A stretch of DNA of 64,000 bases, taken from contig JAUFOQ010000013.1 of assembly GCA_040285855.1 (NCBI GenBank), positions 930,001 to 994,000 on the forward strand. The letters run 5' to 3'. The translations under genes and the position numbers were made by a program. Shown here one piece after another: positions 1-12,501 of this stretch. Source of the DNA: Eukaryota sp. GEM-RC1 (taxonomy: Eukaryota). Each line of letters begins with the position of its first letter. Within the stretch, counting starts at the first letter, position 1. The notes beneath the pieces are model-generated. The model worked only from the letters and a program-made list of their open reading frames with translations. It was not told where the DNA came from and did not search any database.

Positions 1-700
1 TCCCCTCTTTTTGATCAGTAAATTGATTTTCTGAAAGATGATTCAAAACTGGTTCAACTTTAGAGTGAAAACCATGTGCTTTAAACATGGAATAACAAGA
101 ATCACGTACACCAACAGTAATTACTGCACGCAGATGAATAAAATATCGACAATTAATTAAATGACGAAAAACACCATTAGCTCCACAAGAGCACGTTGAA
201 TAGTTTAATAAATTTGCAGGCCAAATAGCCAAACGAAGACGCATATTGATCATCCAAGCCTCATCAGATAGATGTAATCCATACACCTTTGGAATTTGAG
301 AAATAAATCCAGAAGGTCCACTATTACAAAGCTCCATTAGAAAAGCAGCGAACTCGGGACTATTAGTTTTAGCCAAGCTAATACGATTATTAAAGTCCAT
401 GAGTTCATACTCCGTTGTCAATTTATTTTGCAGCTTACATACATCAGACGATAGAGATGAAAAATTTTTTTAGAGGAGTCTCCTTAAAATGAGCAGGGAA
501 CAAAGATTCCCACATGTCAGGAGACAAGGATGATACCAAATCTTTAGCAGATTGAATCCAACGGCAATTACTGGAATTCAACAGATTGATTCCATCCAAG
601 GGAAACCGTTTCAAAAATAGAGAGCGGTTGATTTCAAGTACACTCTAGTTACACTACTTCAGCGCTTTGAGCTCCAATGGTTTAGTTATTGTACTACAAA
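1..700 (-). mobile_element. RLE-type non-LTR retrotransposon fragment (Zn-knuckle/RLE region), runs off window edge
   Basis: Minus strand reads QIPKVYGLHLSDEAWMINMRLRLAIW..CSCG..HLINC..VRDSCYSMFKAHGFHSKVEP; highly similar to 18280-18525; left boundary approximate. Confidence 0.8.
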
Positions 701-1299
701 AAGCGAATGATAAAGGTTCATATACATTAATATAAGGAATGTCATCAACTGTCAGGTTGGTACTGTGTTAAGAGTTATTGTTGTGGTTATAGTCACGAAT
801 GTTTGAAGATGTGTCAGAATCAATGAATGACGACAATGTCCAGTAAAAGGGACACAATGAATACAATTTACACTCTGTTAATATGTTTTATTGAACAATA
901 AAGAAAAAACGAGCAGAAACCAAAACTCAAATTTGTGAATAAAAGTTTTGCAGATCTATTAACACTCGATATCAGAAACTAAATCGAGCTGACATGTCTC
1001 TAAGTACTAGTACTGTAATATTCTGAAGAAGATCCAAAATAGGCAGTTAATGTGACTCTAATGGTATCAAATGTAGTTTTAATGAATTCTTTGATGACCA
1101 TTAACTTAATGTATTGCATATCGAACAGAACCTCCTGTGTAATTCATCAAAGAAATTTGGCAAAGAAAAGCCATAACAGCAATAAATCAAACAAACTTTT
1201 TTTTTGAAATAAATTTATAATACATTGCAGAATACAAATGAACATGATCATTAATTGGAATTGTTAAGTTAAAACAAAAAATATACACGCAAAATTAAA

Positions 1300-2985
1300 T
1301 TAAATTTTACATTTCTTTCCTTTCAGTTTCGTTATAGACATTCGAACTGGTTCAGTAATTAGAGAATTTAAAACACTATTTGACCGACTAACAGAAGTTT
1401 TGTTGGAAACTTCATTGTAATGAATACCTCCAACACAAAAATCCTTGACCCAAGGCGCCAGATTTTTTAATTTTCCAAAATTCGACAAAATTTTCGACCT
1501 CACTTCATCTGACGTTTCCGTACCGTTCTGTTTCGTCAATTGCATGATTAACTGACAAATCCTGATTGCAAATGACCGAGCCATTTCTAATTTTTGAACT
1601 TCACCAGACAATATTTTAATATTTTCAACTGAATTATTGCAAAAACTTGACACACAATCTCTATAAACTGAAGGTACAGCCAAATCATTCCACAACGACT
1701 TTAATCTAGATGAAAGTGCAGACATTGCCTTCATCACGTCATCATCTGAGAAGTCTTCAAAAGTCAAAACATTTTGGACAGAATCCGGCAGACTTCTACA
1801 TAACTCCGATTTAACACTCCATGAGACAACTTTCTGATACAATCCATCAAATTTGATTGAGCAATCACACTCCCTTATTCTTTCCCTAACTAAATGCAGT
1901 TTTCCTACATCTAGCTCTGGCAATCTAGTCTTTTTAATAACACTTCTACACGTCTTAGACAGCGCCCATTTATTATACGGATCAAGAAGAGAATCATAGG
2001 GGGTGTATGAAGTGGAAAAACGAGAATTCCAAGAAGGCTTAGCTGGAGCTTGATGATTGTTGGTAGAAAGCAGACGACCAGAATGTTGGATAGACTTACG
2101 TGAAGCTCTGGTACTGGGACGGAGCGGTCTGTGAGAGGAAGGTGTAGGACGGGAGGAAGAGACATTAGGTTTGGGGAGGGATCCAGTGTGTTTGTGTTGG
2201 GGTTTTTCTTTATTGGTTATACCTTGGGGTACCCGGGGTCTAACCCTGGCGGTGAGAGCGTCCTCATCAAAGAAGTTGACGTCATCAGATGAACGAGGAG
2301 AAAGGTGTTCGAGGGACTTGAGAGATACTGGGGGAGTGGCGAGAAGAGCGTTGGTAGTGAGTTTGGTAGAGAAACGTGGAGATCGAGAGGAATTGACTTT
2401 GGAGGTGAGAGGAGGGTTAGAGGGAGTTTCCAGTGGCAGAGGAAGGGGAGATAAGGTAGAGTTCTGGGTAGAAGAAGGTTCATCACCTACAGAAATATCA
2501 CCACTATTATGTGAAGAATTGAGTGGAGAATCTATGTGAGAATCAGATGAATTGTCTAGTAGCTCAAGGGTAGTTCCATAGGATTTCCTGGTCTTGTTTT
2601 TTGAATTACTAGACTCAAGAGAAAGATCCTTGCTTGATGAATGATGAACAGATTCAGATGTGGAGTTGGATACGGGATCTATAGGTTCAGGATCAACAGC
2701 TAGTATATCATGTGACGAAGAAGCATCATCACTATGATCAAAATCACTTAAATAAGGATCAGAAGGGGCTTTAGTTATGTCATCTTGTGTTTCCATCTGC
2801 TCGGTGGGAATTGTTTCAGTTTGGTGCTGTGAAAGTGGGATATCAGGTATAACAGATGGTTGGTGATCTTCTTCAAGAGCTGAAGATTCGCTTAAATGTT
2901 CAAAGTCAGAACCATAAGCTGATGCAACACTGGGGCATGAAACTGAATTGGCATCAAAGTCAGAGTCATCTTCGTAATCACTCAT
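1300..2985 (-). CDS. Hypothetical protein, Ser/Pro/acidic-rich N-terminus, helical C-terminus weakly MAP65/CCDC87-like
   Basis: Open 561-codon frame from ATG 2985 (MSDYEDD); YDSLLDP and RLKSLWNDLAVP motifs; family guess weak. Confidence 0.75.
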   Translation of the reverse strand: MSDYEDDSDFDANSVSCPSVASAYGSDFEHLSESSALEEDHQPSVIPDIPLSQHQTETIPTEQMETQDDITKAPSDPYLSDFDHSDDASSSHDILAVDPEPIDPVSNSTSESVHHSSSKDLSLESSNSKNKTRKSYGTTLELLDNSSDSHIDSPLNSSHNSGDISVGDEPSSTQNSTLSPLPLPLETPSNPPLTSKVNSSRSPRFSTKLTTNALLATPPVSLKSLEHLSPRSSDDVNFFDEDALTARVRPRVPQGITNKEKPQHKHTGSLPKPNVSSSRPTPSSHRPLRPSTRASRKSIQHSGRLLSTNNHQAPAKPSWNSRFSTSYTPYDSLLDPYNKWALSKTCRSVIKKTRLPELDVGKLHLVRERIRECDCSIKFDGLYQKVVSWSVKSELCRSLPDSVQNVLTFEDFSDDDVMKAMSALSSRLKSLWNDLAVPSVYRDCVSSFCNNSVENIKILSGEVQKLEMARSFAIRICQLIMQLTKQNGTETSDEVRSKILSNFGKLKNLAPWVKDFCVGGIHYNEVSNKTSVSRSNSVLNSLITEPVRMSITKLKGKKCKI

Positions 2986-3045
2986 GAAGAAGTGTCTCGA
3001 ATAAAAAACTTTGGCCAAAAGTTTCCAACCCACCCATCTCTTCAA

Positions 3046-3570
3046 ATGTCCTTACGTCCTGTTAGACAATCCATTCTGTCACGACCTCGTAAATCTGCTT
3101 CTTACGCCAACGTTCAAAATGAAGACAATGAGTTTGAGAAGGAGAAACAGCGTGAAGAACGCAACCGTTCTCACTGGAATAGCTTTGAATCAGAACGACT
3201 TCGCTCAATGTTTCCTACGGCAGAGGAAAAGGTTCAACTTCAAGAAGAAGAAAGAAACTTCATAGACTCTCATCTTGCTAGAAAGCGCGAAATAGAAGGT
3301 CGAATTGCAGCCGAAGATCGTCAAATTGAACTTCTTGAAGTTGAAGAAGCTCAATTAGATGAACAAATACGCCAAGAGCAAGAAGTATGTTGGACTTTTT
3401 GCTGACCTTAGGAATCGCGACGAGACTATCTACGATATTTATTAGAAGAGAACAAGAAACTAGCTGCCTATCGTAAAATTCAACGACAAAAGGAGTACGA
3501 AGCTCAAATCGCTGAAGACCAGGAACGTGGAGATTATATGATCAAAAAATGGAAGACAACCTTACGATAG
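3046..3570 (+). CDS. Coiled-coil protein (165 aa), possibly RIB43A/TPH-like axonemal protein; one intron 3385-3411
   Basis: Removing the 27-nt GTATGT...GCTGACCTTAG intron gives a continuous frame to TAG at 3570, ending ENKKLA...KWKTTLR. Confidence 0.8.
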
Positions 3571-4482
3571 TGTATATGATAAAATGTATTTTAAGGCAAG
3601 TTTTTGTTAGATGCGGAACAATTGTTGAGAGAGGTGATGTACGTAGGAGTAGAAGAGTCAGTGGAGAGTATGCTTAAGAGCTGCCACAAGACACAATCTA
3701 CATCAACAACGGTAATATCTGCTTTCTATGATCACAAGATGACAGGGTCTCTAAGCGCATCATAAATGAAGCGGATGGATCACTTGCTCAAGGAAAAGCA
3801 GGGTAACTTAGTTTCCCACAAAATGTAGGAGAAAAAGTAAAAACTAGAAAAATTTTCACCACCACCAGAACATCATATTCCTCTAGCTTAGTGTTTATGG
3901 ACGATTCGAAATAAAAAGACCTTATTACTGTGTTTTATACGATATATATTATAGGAGAGGAAGAGATGTGAACGCGGAGGGAGAAAGAGATTCAAACATA
4001 AGCTACATGAAGAGAAGCTACAGGAACTAAGAAGAAGAAGAAACGGAAGGGGAAGTCAGGAGGAACATTACGGAATTTTGGTCTGTATTTTATGGAAAGC
4101 AGTGAGAGTGACAAATGGCCAGGGTTGTTAATTTTAAGAAGATATGTTCATGTGAATTGAGAAGATCTTCAACTTGATTAAGAAGTGTTTGGTAGACATT
4201 AATAGTAGTTTCAGTCATCAGCAGGTGGCTTATTTATGACAAATGCTTCAAGAATGTCCTTGAAAGTACACAAAGTTATAAGGACAGTCAAGGTACAACA
4301 AGGTATAACAAGAAGAAAACAAGAAGAAAAGGGGTGTAAGAACTAGAAGAAGCTGTATTAGTATTAGTATGAAGGAAAACATTCCAAAATCAAATTGAAC
4401 TATAAATCACGAAACGGAATCCAATGGAGGGGAAAGTAAGAACAAATCAATCACATTACCGACAACGACTATTCTTGGTTTC

Positions 4483-5677
4483 ATGAATCCCTTTCCGTCA
4501 GTGAACTGTGCTAGAGGTCCTGTTTCTCCTCATCCAATGAGAGGTATGAAACACCTTTCAATGGAACTATCTCCAACTCCATTGAAAGCACAAAACATCC
4601 AGACATTGGATAAATTATTTTGCTTTATGGAAATCAGAGCTATTATCTCTGAAGACCATCGCCTCAATCCAGAGGTCGCTGAGGAACATGACAGTGATGA
4701 TGAAGACTGTCAAGGGCCACAAGTGAAAGACCTAATACACGAGTTTTCCTATGATGGAAGTAACGATTTCATTGTTTCTGTATCAATGGAATTTTGCTCG
4801 TCTCTTGGGTGTCAAGGCGACACTTATCTCTTTACTTGGGGTTGCCATGAACTATATATTCAAGATTGTTCTATCAATGGATTTAGTTCAGAAACATTGA
4901 TGCTGATTAATCTGATTGAATTTCTCAAAGCTATGCGTCCACAGCTTTTGATTGGATATAACTGTGACAACTTCACTTTTCCATTTTTGATTTCAAGATG
5001 CAACCATTTGATGATTGATGTTAATTTTCAATTTGACGGATATACTCCATATGTACCCACATGGTTTAAGAGATGGTGCAAAACGTCCTCTTTTGGTCCA
5101 TTTCACTGCCTGGATTTAAACTCAGTTTTAAAATCCTTGTACAAATTTAAAGGTGGTCGCTTTTTGGAAAACGTAACTCAAATTATGTTGGAACATGATC
5201 AAAAAAAATTGGAAAAATTCCGAATTAATACGAATTCTAACCAATCCTCTGTATAATATTGATGAAGCTATCGCTAATTTCAAAGCGGAAAATAATGTTT
5301 CTGCACTATCTGCAAAGCAATTGTTTAGGTTAAAAACTTCTAGTGAACTAAAAACAATCAATGACCTTTGGAAGGCTTCATCAACAATACCCCGTTTACT
5401 CCAAAATGCAATTGATCGCCTGCATCTGTTAAAATTCATTGCTGGTGACTTGTTTGATGGAAACAAGCAGAAAATCAGAGAAAAATCTCCAATGAAGGTG
5501 ATTAAAAGAAGACTCACCAAAGTTGTGACAAAATCAAAAATCAAAGTTATCGAATCGTGTGTGAAAAGAAGTCACCACGTTAGAGTTCGAGGAACTCACT
5601 TCCTAAAACATTTTTTGATTCACGAATTTGACTGTGAATATTTGAAATTTAAAGATTCTATGGGAACACATATTTAA
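4483..5677 (+). pseudogene. Divergent family-B DNA polymerase 3'-5' exonuclease-like domain protein, frameshifted near 5200-5220
   Basis: SETLMLINLIEFLKAMRPQLLIGYNCDNFTFPFLISR resembles the PolB ExoII region; HCLDLNSVLK..LENV follows; no polymerase motifs seen. Confidence 0.55.
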
Positions 5678-5879
5678 TATATGGAATCTGAACTCCATTA
5701 ATACATAATTCTTGTGTAGATCTACCAATTAATAAACATTTGTCTGACTTTAGAGATGAACCTAATGTTGCATAAATATCAGCCACTTCCACAGCGACCT
5801 TTTTAACAATTCATGGGTCCCAATAATAGAATTATCATCCATATAGCCGACTATCTTGAGGTCCGGTTTTGTTTCATAA

Positions 5880-6400
5880 TACACATAAGCAAAAGCTCCA
5901 CAGCTTTGTCCTCATAAAACGAACTCACAGCTAGAAATGCTTTGGAGATGATAAGGGAATTGTCTCAATACGAAACGAACCATAAAATATGATCAAGACG
6001 TTATTGTTTACATTTTCATCGCATAAAAGATTCAATGTATTAATTCCTAAACGGTTGTAGATTGAAACAGGTTTCAATGGTTTCTTGTACTTATCATGTA
6101 TGCCTTGTCCAAAAATGTCTAAAAGGGAAGAAGCGCTTTAAGGATGTCTTTTGCCAACATCTTCAGAGACCACATCTACAAATTAGAAATCTGTCTGAAG
6201 AAGAAGGGACAACAACATATGCTCTCTGTTTACCAAACAATTGTTTATGTTTTTCGTCATTACAATTATTAAATTCTAAAGATTTTACAAGTGGTTCAAC
6301 AAATGATTCAATTTTGTAAGACTTACACATAGTATGTTTTTGGTCTCCTACAGTATCTTGCATACACCATATACTTATGATAAACTGACCGAAAAACTCA
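5880..6400 (-). mobile_element. Degraded RLE non-LTR 3' fragment
   Basis: MCKSYKIESFVEPL...FGKQRAYVVVP matches the element at 22630-24975. Confidence 0.75.
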
Positions 6401-6659
6401 TTTTGTGCCCATTCTGTTGATGAAGGCTTCAGTCGATATTGAGACTCGTTATGTGAAGAGTTTTGTTTGGGTTCACTATTATGGTTGATAGGAATGCAGT
6501 ATAGCACTTTGAAGTCAGACTCCAATTTGGATTCCGATTGACTTGATTGTTATGGTTCAGTTGCTTAATGAAGACCGAAATTAAATACTAGCCCAAACTC
6601 GGAGGTCTTTCCCCATTTATCACTCTTGTATTTTATTATAAATATCATAGATCAAACAA

Positions 6660-7210
6660 CTAAAATTTGATATCATTAAAACAACACTTGTCGCTATCCA
6701 ACCTTACAACAGCTTTGTCCTCATAAAAGGAACTCACAGCTAATAAAGCTTTGGAGATGATTAGGGGAATTGTTTTAAAAACAGTAAAAACGATCCGATT
6801 CAACCATAACAAGTGATCAAAACGTTTGTTCATCCTATTTTTAACGATTTTTCCGAAATCGTTTAAAAAATTCAATGTATTTTTTCCTAAGCGTCCATGG
6901 ATTGAAACAACAAAACGGCATAATTCGTATTCAACATGTTTCACATGTTTTAAAGCCATCAATGGTTTCTTGTACTTATCCTGCTTGGCTTTCTAAAGGG
7001 GAAGATTCAGAGTAAGCGTTCTTTAAAGATGTCTTTTTACAAACATCCACTGACACTACATCAACAACAAACAATTTGTCTGTAGAAGAAGGGACAACAA
7101 CATCTGCTCTCCGTTTACCAAAAAATTGGTTCTGTTTTTCGACATTACAATTATTACTTGGTTCTAAAGATCTTAGAAGTGGTTCAACGAATGACTCGAT
7201 TTTGTAAGAA
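6660..7210 (-). mobile_element. RLE non-LTR 3' fragment
   Basis: KHVEYELC..SIHGRLG..WLNRIVFTVFK..CCFNDIKF*, same C-terminus as the 22630 element. Confidence 0.8.
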
Positions 7211-7298
7211 TTTGTTTCCCTTTAAGAAATTTCTTGGTGATCTGTTTAAGGGACTACTACTAGAGCATTGTCAAATGCAAATGCAATGTACTACTAGT

Positions 7299-8037
7299 CA
7301 GCAATGTAAAAATATCTTATTGTTATCTTATTGTTTTCTGACATCCAACGATAAATATATTTTCTGGACTGATATCTTATCTTATTTATAGGTTATCTTG
7401 AGTCAAAACAATAAATATATCTTCAATAGCGACAGTAACTAATCACTAAGAACAAAAATTTCATCAATTTCATCAACTGGCGCCTGACTAAGTTGAGATT
7501 CGACATCAGGATGTTTTGTTAAAATTTGTTCAATAGTTGACTGATCCCACAGATCAGAATATTGTACAATAAGAACAGTTGCTTTTCTAGAGCTTCTGAG
7601 CTCAAATTTGGCCTAGTGTCTCCTAAAGTTCTTTTAGCTCTGCTGAAAAGTCTCTCAACTTCATTGCTAGTTGCTGGAATCCAACTTAAATCTGTATATT
7701 TTCGGCCTTGATTAGTTCGTTGCTGTTTACGTTTGTTCATTCTTTCATTTGAGCAATGGGAGGATTTGGAGCAGGAACAACAGCTGTAAAATAGTGAAGA
7801 GCAACCGTTTTTGGTCGAACACCAATATCTGCGGGACGCTTGGAAAATGACATAAAGATAAGAATCTGGTTAGAGAAAGTAAATGGAAGTTCTTGACTTA
7901 TCTTATCTTATTGAAATATATCGTATATTGTTCAGTTTTCAAGATAAATATATTGCGGAGAGAGAGTGTCACAATAAGATAACAATAAATATATTTATTG
8001 TTATTGTACAATATATTTATTTATTTATTTTTTGCTG
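7299..8037 (-). mobile_element. Non-autonomous hAT transposon
   Basis: 8-bp TSD CTACTAGT (7291-7298/8038-8045); CAGCAA..TTGCTG ends; hAT dimerisation remnant WIPATSNEVERLFSRAK..RPNLS (7519-7740); TTATC subterminal repeats. Confidence 0.85.
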
Positions 8038-8139
8038 CTACTAGTACATGTAGTACATGAATATCAACAAGTTACTAGGAATGAACAATAAACAGATTTA
8101 CCAACAATAAACAAGGTACTATAATAAACAAAACACTAA

Positions 8140-9270
8140 CTATTCGTTAGTTTCAGCAGAAAGATACTTCTCTACTGGAACCCAAGGGATATCAAAAGCA
8201 TCAGCAACAGCTCTATAAACAACATCACCATGAATGACATTCAAACCAGGAACGAATTCAGAGTTTTCAAGTGCAGCCTGTCTCCAGCCCTTATCAGCAA
8301 GCTGAATAACATAAGGAAGAGTAGCATTAGTCAAAGCTAGAGTTGAAGTGAAAGGGACACATCCAGGCATGTTGGCAACACAATAATGGAGAATATCGTC
8401 AATAACATAGACAGGATCAGCATGAGTGGTTGGTTTACATGTCTCAATACATCCACCTTGGTCAACAGCCACATCAACAACAACGGTTCCCTTTTGCATC
8501 AATTTAAGCATATCTCTGGTAATAAGATGAGGAGCTTTGGCACCAGGAATAAGGACAGCTCCAATAACAAGGTCAGCGTCTTTTATGACTTTTCTAATGT
8601 TATAATCATTAGACATCATAGTTTTAACATTCTTAGGCATAACTTCAGCTAAGTATCTAAGCCTGGGAAGTGAGACATCCATAATGATGACGTCAGCACC
8701 AAGACCAGCAGCCATTAAAGCAGCGTTGTAACCAACACTTCCTCCACCAATAACAATAACACGTGCAGGCAAAACACCAGGAGTTCCAGCAAGTAAAATT
8801 CCCTTTCCACCTAAAGGCTTTTCCAAGTAGTTGGCACCTTTTTGAGAAGCAAGGCGACCAGCAATTTCTGACATTGGGGCCAAAAGAGGGAGAGATTTAT
8901 CAGACTTTTCAACAGTCTCGTAGGCAACACAGACAGACTTAGATTTGATCATGGCCTCTGTTAATGGTAGATGAGAAGCGAAGTGGAAGAATGTGAAGAG
9001 GAGCTGATCCTCCTTGATGAGCCCATATTCGGGCTCAATAGGCTCCTTGACCTTGACAATCATGTCAACAGCGGCATATGTGTCTTCAATGGTAGGGAGA
9101 ATATGAGCACCAGCTTCTTCATAGTCAGAATCAGGAAACCCGGAGTTTTCTCCAGCAGTATGTTGGACATAGACGGTATGGCCTCGTTTAGTAAGTTCGC
9201 GAACTCCAGCAGGAGTCAACCCAACTCTGTTTTCATTGTTTTTGATTTCTTTAGGAACTCCAATAATCAT
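8140..9270 (-). CDS. ald: Alanine dehydrogenase (bacterial type)
   Basis: MIIGVPKEIKNNENRVGLTP, VKVKEP, PMSEIAGR, GGGSVG, DVAVDQGGC, VANMPG motifs; intronless. Confidence 0.96.
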   Translation of the reverse strand: MIIGVPKEIKNNENRVGLTPAGVRELTKRGHTVYVQHTAGENSGFPDSDYEEAGAHILPTIEDTYAAVDMIVKVKEPIEPEYGLIKEDQLLFTFFHFASHLPLTEAMIKSKSVCVAYETVEKSDKSLPLLAPMSEIAGRLASQKGANYLEKPLGGKGILLAGTPGVLPARVIVIGGGSVGYNAALMAAGLGADVIIMDVSLPRLRYLAEVMPKNVKTMMSNDYNIRKVIKDADLVIGAVLIPGAKAPHLITRDMLKLMQKGTVVVDVAVDQGGCIETCKPTTHADPVYVIDDILHYCVANMPGCVPFTSTLALTNATLPYVIQLADKGWRQAALENSEFVPGLNVIHGDVVYRAVADAFDIPWVPVEKYLSAETNE

Positions 9271-10339
9271 TATAATCAATCAAGAACAAGCCTGAGCTAG
9301 AGCAATGGTGGAAAAGGATTACCCCTAGTAGAGATTTCTTCTTAGTTAAGGACGAAGGTCAGAATTCGAAGGACTAACTAACATAATGACACATAGCTGT
9401 AAACAATGATGTCCATATTCGAACACGATTCGTCCAGGCCGATATATGATAACTATATCCGTGACAAAAGTCACATGTTCAAATATAACATAAAAGATCC
9501 ATCAATGCGAAATGTAGCGCATTAAACGATAACAAGATCAAGCAATGATATACCCAAGAGAATAGGATAAGATTTATTGTTGCATGTGGATGTTTCAGGA
9601 AACTATAGGGTGTATAACTGTGTCTGAAAAAGTCACAAGCAGTCAGATCATACAAAGTTCAAGCAAATAAACAAACCCTGAAAGAGGTTTAACCTTATAA
9701 GAAAAAAGACATGATGATATCAACTTTATGGACAAAACAGAAACAACAAATGTGCTGTGATTAGAAGTAACTAAACAGAAGGACTCTCAGAACCACATCC
9801 TACTCTCCTCTTGGCTCAAGACAATTTGCGAATTTCATGAGAACACAAAAAGTTGTCATCATCGTTGGCCGAAGAAACATCAACATACTTAAAGAAGAAA
9901 CAAAGACATTGGAGATCTAAGAAGTTATCCAAGCAGTAAGAGAACAGGAAATTGGTATCTAAAAGGAAAAGTCAATTTCAGCAAAGTGACACGTCATCTC
10001 TTCTTCTTTTCCTCCAACAACATGTAGAGTGTACGAGTACTGCCATGCTGATATTCTGATCTTGAACGACGAGTATTGTTCAACTAACCTCATCAGAAAA
10101 TGTGTCATTTATTCAAATACACCATCACAATGAAATGTTGGATTATAAAAATATCCCACATGAACGCCAACCGTCAGAAGAAGGAATGTCTCATAACAGC
10201 ACAGTTAAACTGTTTCGAAATAAAAAAAACGAAATAAGAGATAACAAGAATCTGAACACATAAACTACAAAAAATAGACATCAAAGGTAAGATGTTCAAT
10301 ATTAAAGACCATAATTAACAAAACAATCCGATATTATAA

Positions 10340-11759
10340 TTAAATTAATGTTTGCTTGTTCAAAAGGTCCATGGTCACCTGAGCCAAAAACCCAGGAATA
10401 GATCTAAACTTCTGTAGATAACTAACTAAATCTGGATTAATTTTCGACAGTACTTCTGTTTCAACCAATAAATATACTGACTCTTCCGGACTCTCAAAAG
10501 CAAAATAATCATTAGAATCCTCAGAATACAAGGATCGAACTGTGAACAAATCTCCAGATAAGTCAACCTGCCAACCAGTAATGGCAGTCACAGCTTCACG
10601 GTAATGTCTCACGTGTTGATGGAAGACAGTTTTTAACCGTTCGTATTTGAGTTCTGATGAGGATAGTTTCTGAGTTAAATCATTTACAGAATTTTGAAGT
10701 GATGATACTGCACTTGAATCAACAGGTTTAAATGAAGCACTTTGAACTTGTAGTTCATCGATTATTTCCCGAAGTTTTAAATTTTCATTTCTCATTTCTT
10801 CAAGTTCACGACGTTTCTTTGAGAGTTCCATTTTTACAGGACTTTCCTTAAACGAAAGAATTTTAGTGACCTTTGGGTCAAAATCAAGTTGACTTCGCTT
10901 GACTAACTCAAGCTCATCACGTTGTGCATTATTCTCTTCCTTCAATTGATCAATTTCCTTATTTAGAATAGCATTTTGAGCCTTCATCTCTTCTAACTGT
11001 CGTTGAGATCTAGTATCTTCAGCTAAACCATCAAATCTTTTGGTTAATTCCTTGAGATGCGACGTGAGAATTGAATTCTGGTCGGTCAACTTTAAAATTT
11101 GTTCTTTAAGAGAATTAACTAATTCATTCAAGCCAAGATTTGACTGACTCTGCTCAGAATGTTTGGCCTGTAGAGCTTCCATTTCACTCTTCATTTTCTC
11201 AAATGTAACTGGATCAACAAACGTGGCCTTTAAGTTCGCAACCTCAGCAGTAAGTGAATGCTTTTCTACCTCCAAAGAACTGGATTTTGACTTGAAAAGT
11301 CAAGCTCAGATGTTAGAGTATTGTTTTTTCTTGTAATGAAACTGAAAGAGAGCGTTCAGATTCAAGTTCCTGTTGCAGTTCCTTACAGGTATCTTCCAAA
11401 AGAGAAATGTCTGACTGAAACTGTTTTATAGTTTCAGATTGTTGAGTTTTAAGAGCAGTGATGTTGTTTTGTGCTTTTGAGGAAAAATCAAGGAGATTTT
11501 CTCCATATTCAGAGATCGATCGAGATGAGTGTTGAGCTTCAGCTTGTGATTGCTCTAGAAGAATCTCTAATCGAGAGATTCGTTGTTCTAAATGACTTTT
11601 TTCTTGAGCATGTAAGTTGTATGATGCAGAAAGCTTTGATTGACATGACTCTAGCTGAAAGTGTAAACGATCGACTTCTTTTTCTAATTGGGTTGAATAA
11701 GAGCTCTCAGATACTCTGGATCCAGTATGAGAACGTTTGAATGGGGGAGAAGAAGCCAT
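10340..11759 (-). CDS. MAD1: Spindle checkpoint protein MAD1; frame break at ~11295-11330
   Basis: Coiled coil, MAD2-interaction-like KILSFKESP, RLKTVF..YREAV..ITGWQVD and SIPGFLAQVTMDLLNKQT; adding one base each to an A6 and a T4 run joins the two ORFs. Confidence 0.88.
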
Positions 11760-12501
11760 ATTTGAAAGTCTTCAAGTAGGGGTAACTGGAACAAATTGCC
11801 TCAAAATTCAACAATTCTTCTTTGATGTAGGCTGTTTTTTCTGATCTCAGATATCTCATTTAAAAATACACAAATCCACGGATGGTTAAGGCAAGTTGAT
11901 ACATTGTTCATTAATAATCACTGGACATTGTGATACAATTCAAATCGTCTTAGGATGACTTTTTTGAATATTTTTATAATCGACTTTTTTGCTATGTGTA
12001 CAAACTATTTGACTTTCAAGAAAGAGAACAACAATATTTTCCATTACGATTGCGTCGTTATTGTATTGCACAGAAATAGCGAACTTCAAATACTTTTGAC
12101 TACCGTAGTTTTCATTTTTATGGAACCAGAATTGATTTACTGGTACACTTCCTTTTCCACTACCCACAGTATAGTTTTACTATTTCATGGAGCAATAAAT
12201 GATTCACTGGCTTTATCAACATCAATTCAAATAAATCCAATTTTGTTTGGACAATTTGAAAAGAGCGTACTACATGTAGTAGTGTGACTGTTCAACCAAC
12301 CAAAATGATCACTATAACCGGCTAGAGTCAGTCTACCATATTAGTACAAGTACAACTTGTTCAATTTCAACAGTTGCACCAATATACTGTATCTGATTTA
12401 AACAATTGAACAACTAAGACGTGGAACATCTGGCCATTCTCTATAGTGGCCGTGTTGTTAAGAATGAAGGCAACTTTCTCTATGATAATTGTCTTTCTCA
12501 A

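Noticed and set aside
3600..4450. Purine-skewed stretch suggesting a minus-strand gene
   Set aside because: No sustained ORF or recognisable motif
11291..11342. 52-nt intron bridging the MAD1 break
   Set aside because: Frame-compatible, but the GTTTCA..TTTCAAG ends and the length do not fit the five confirmed introns
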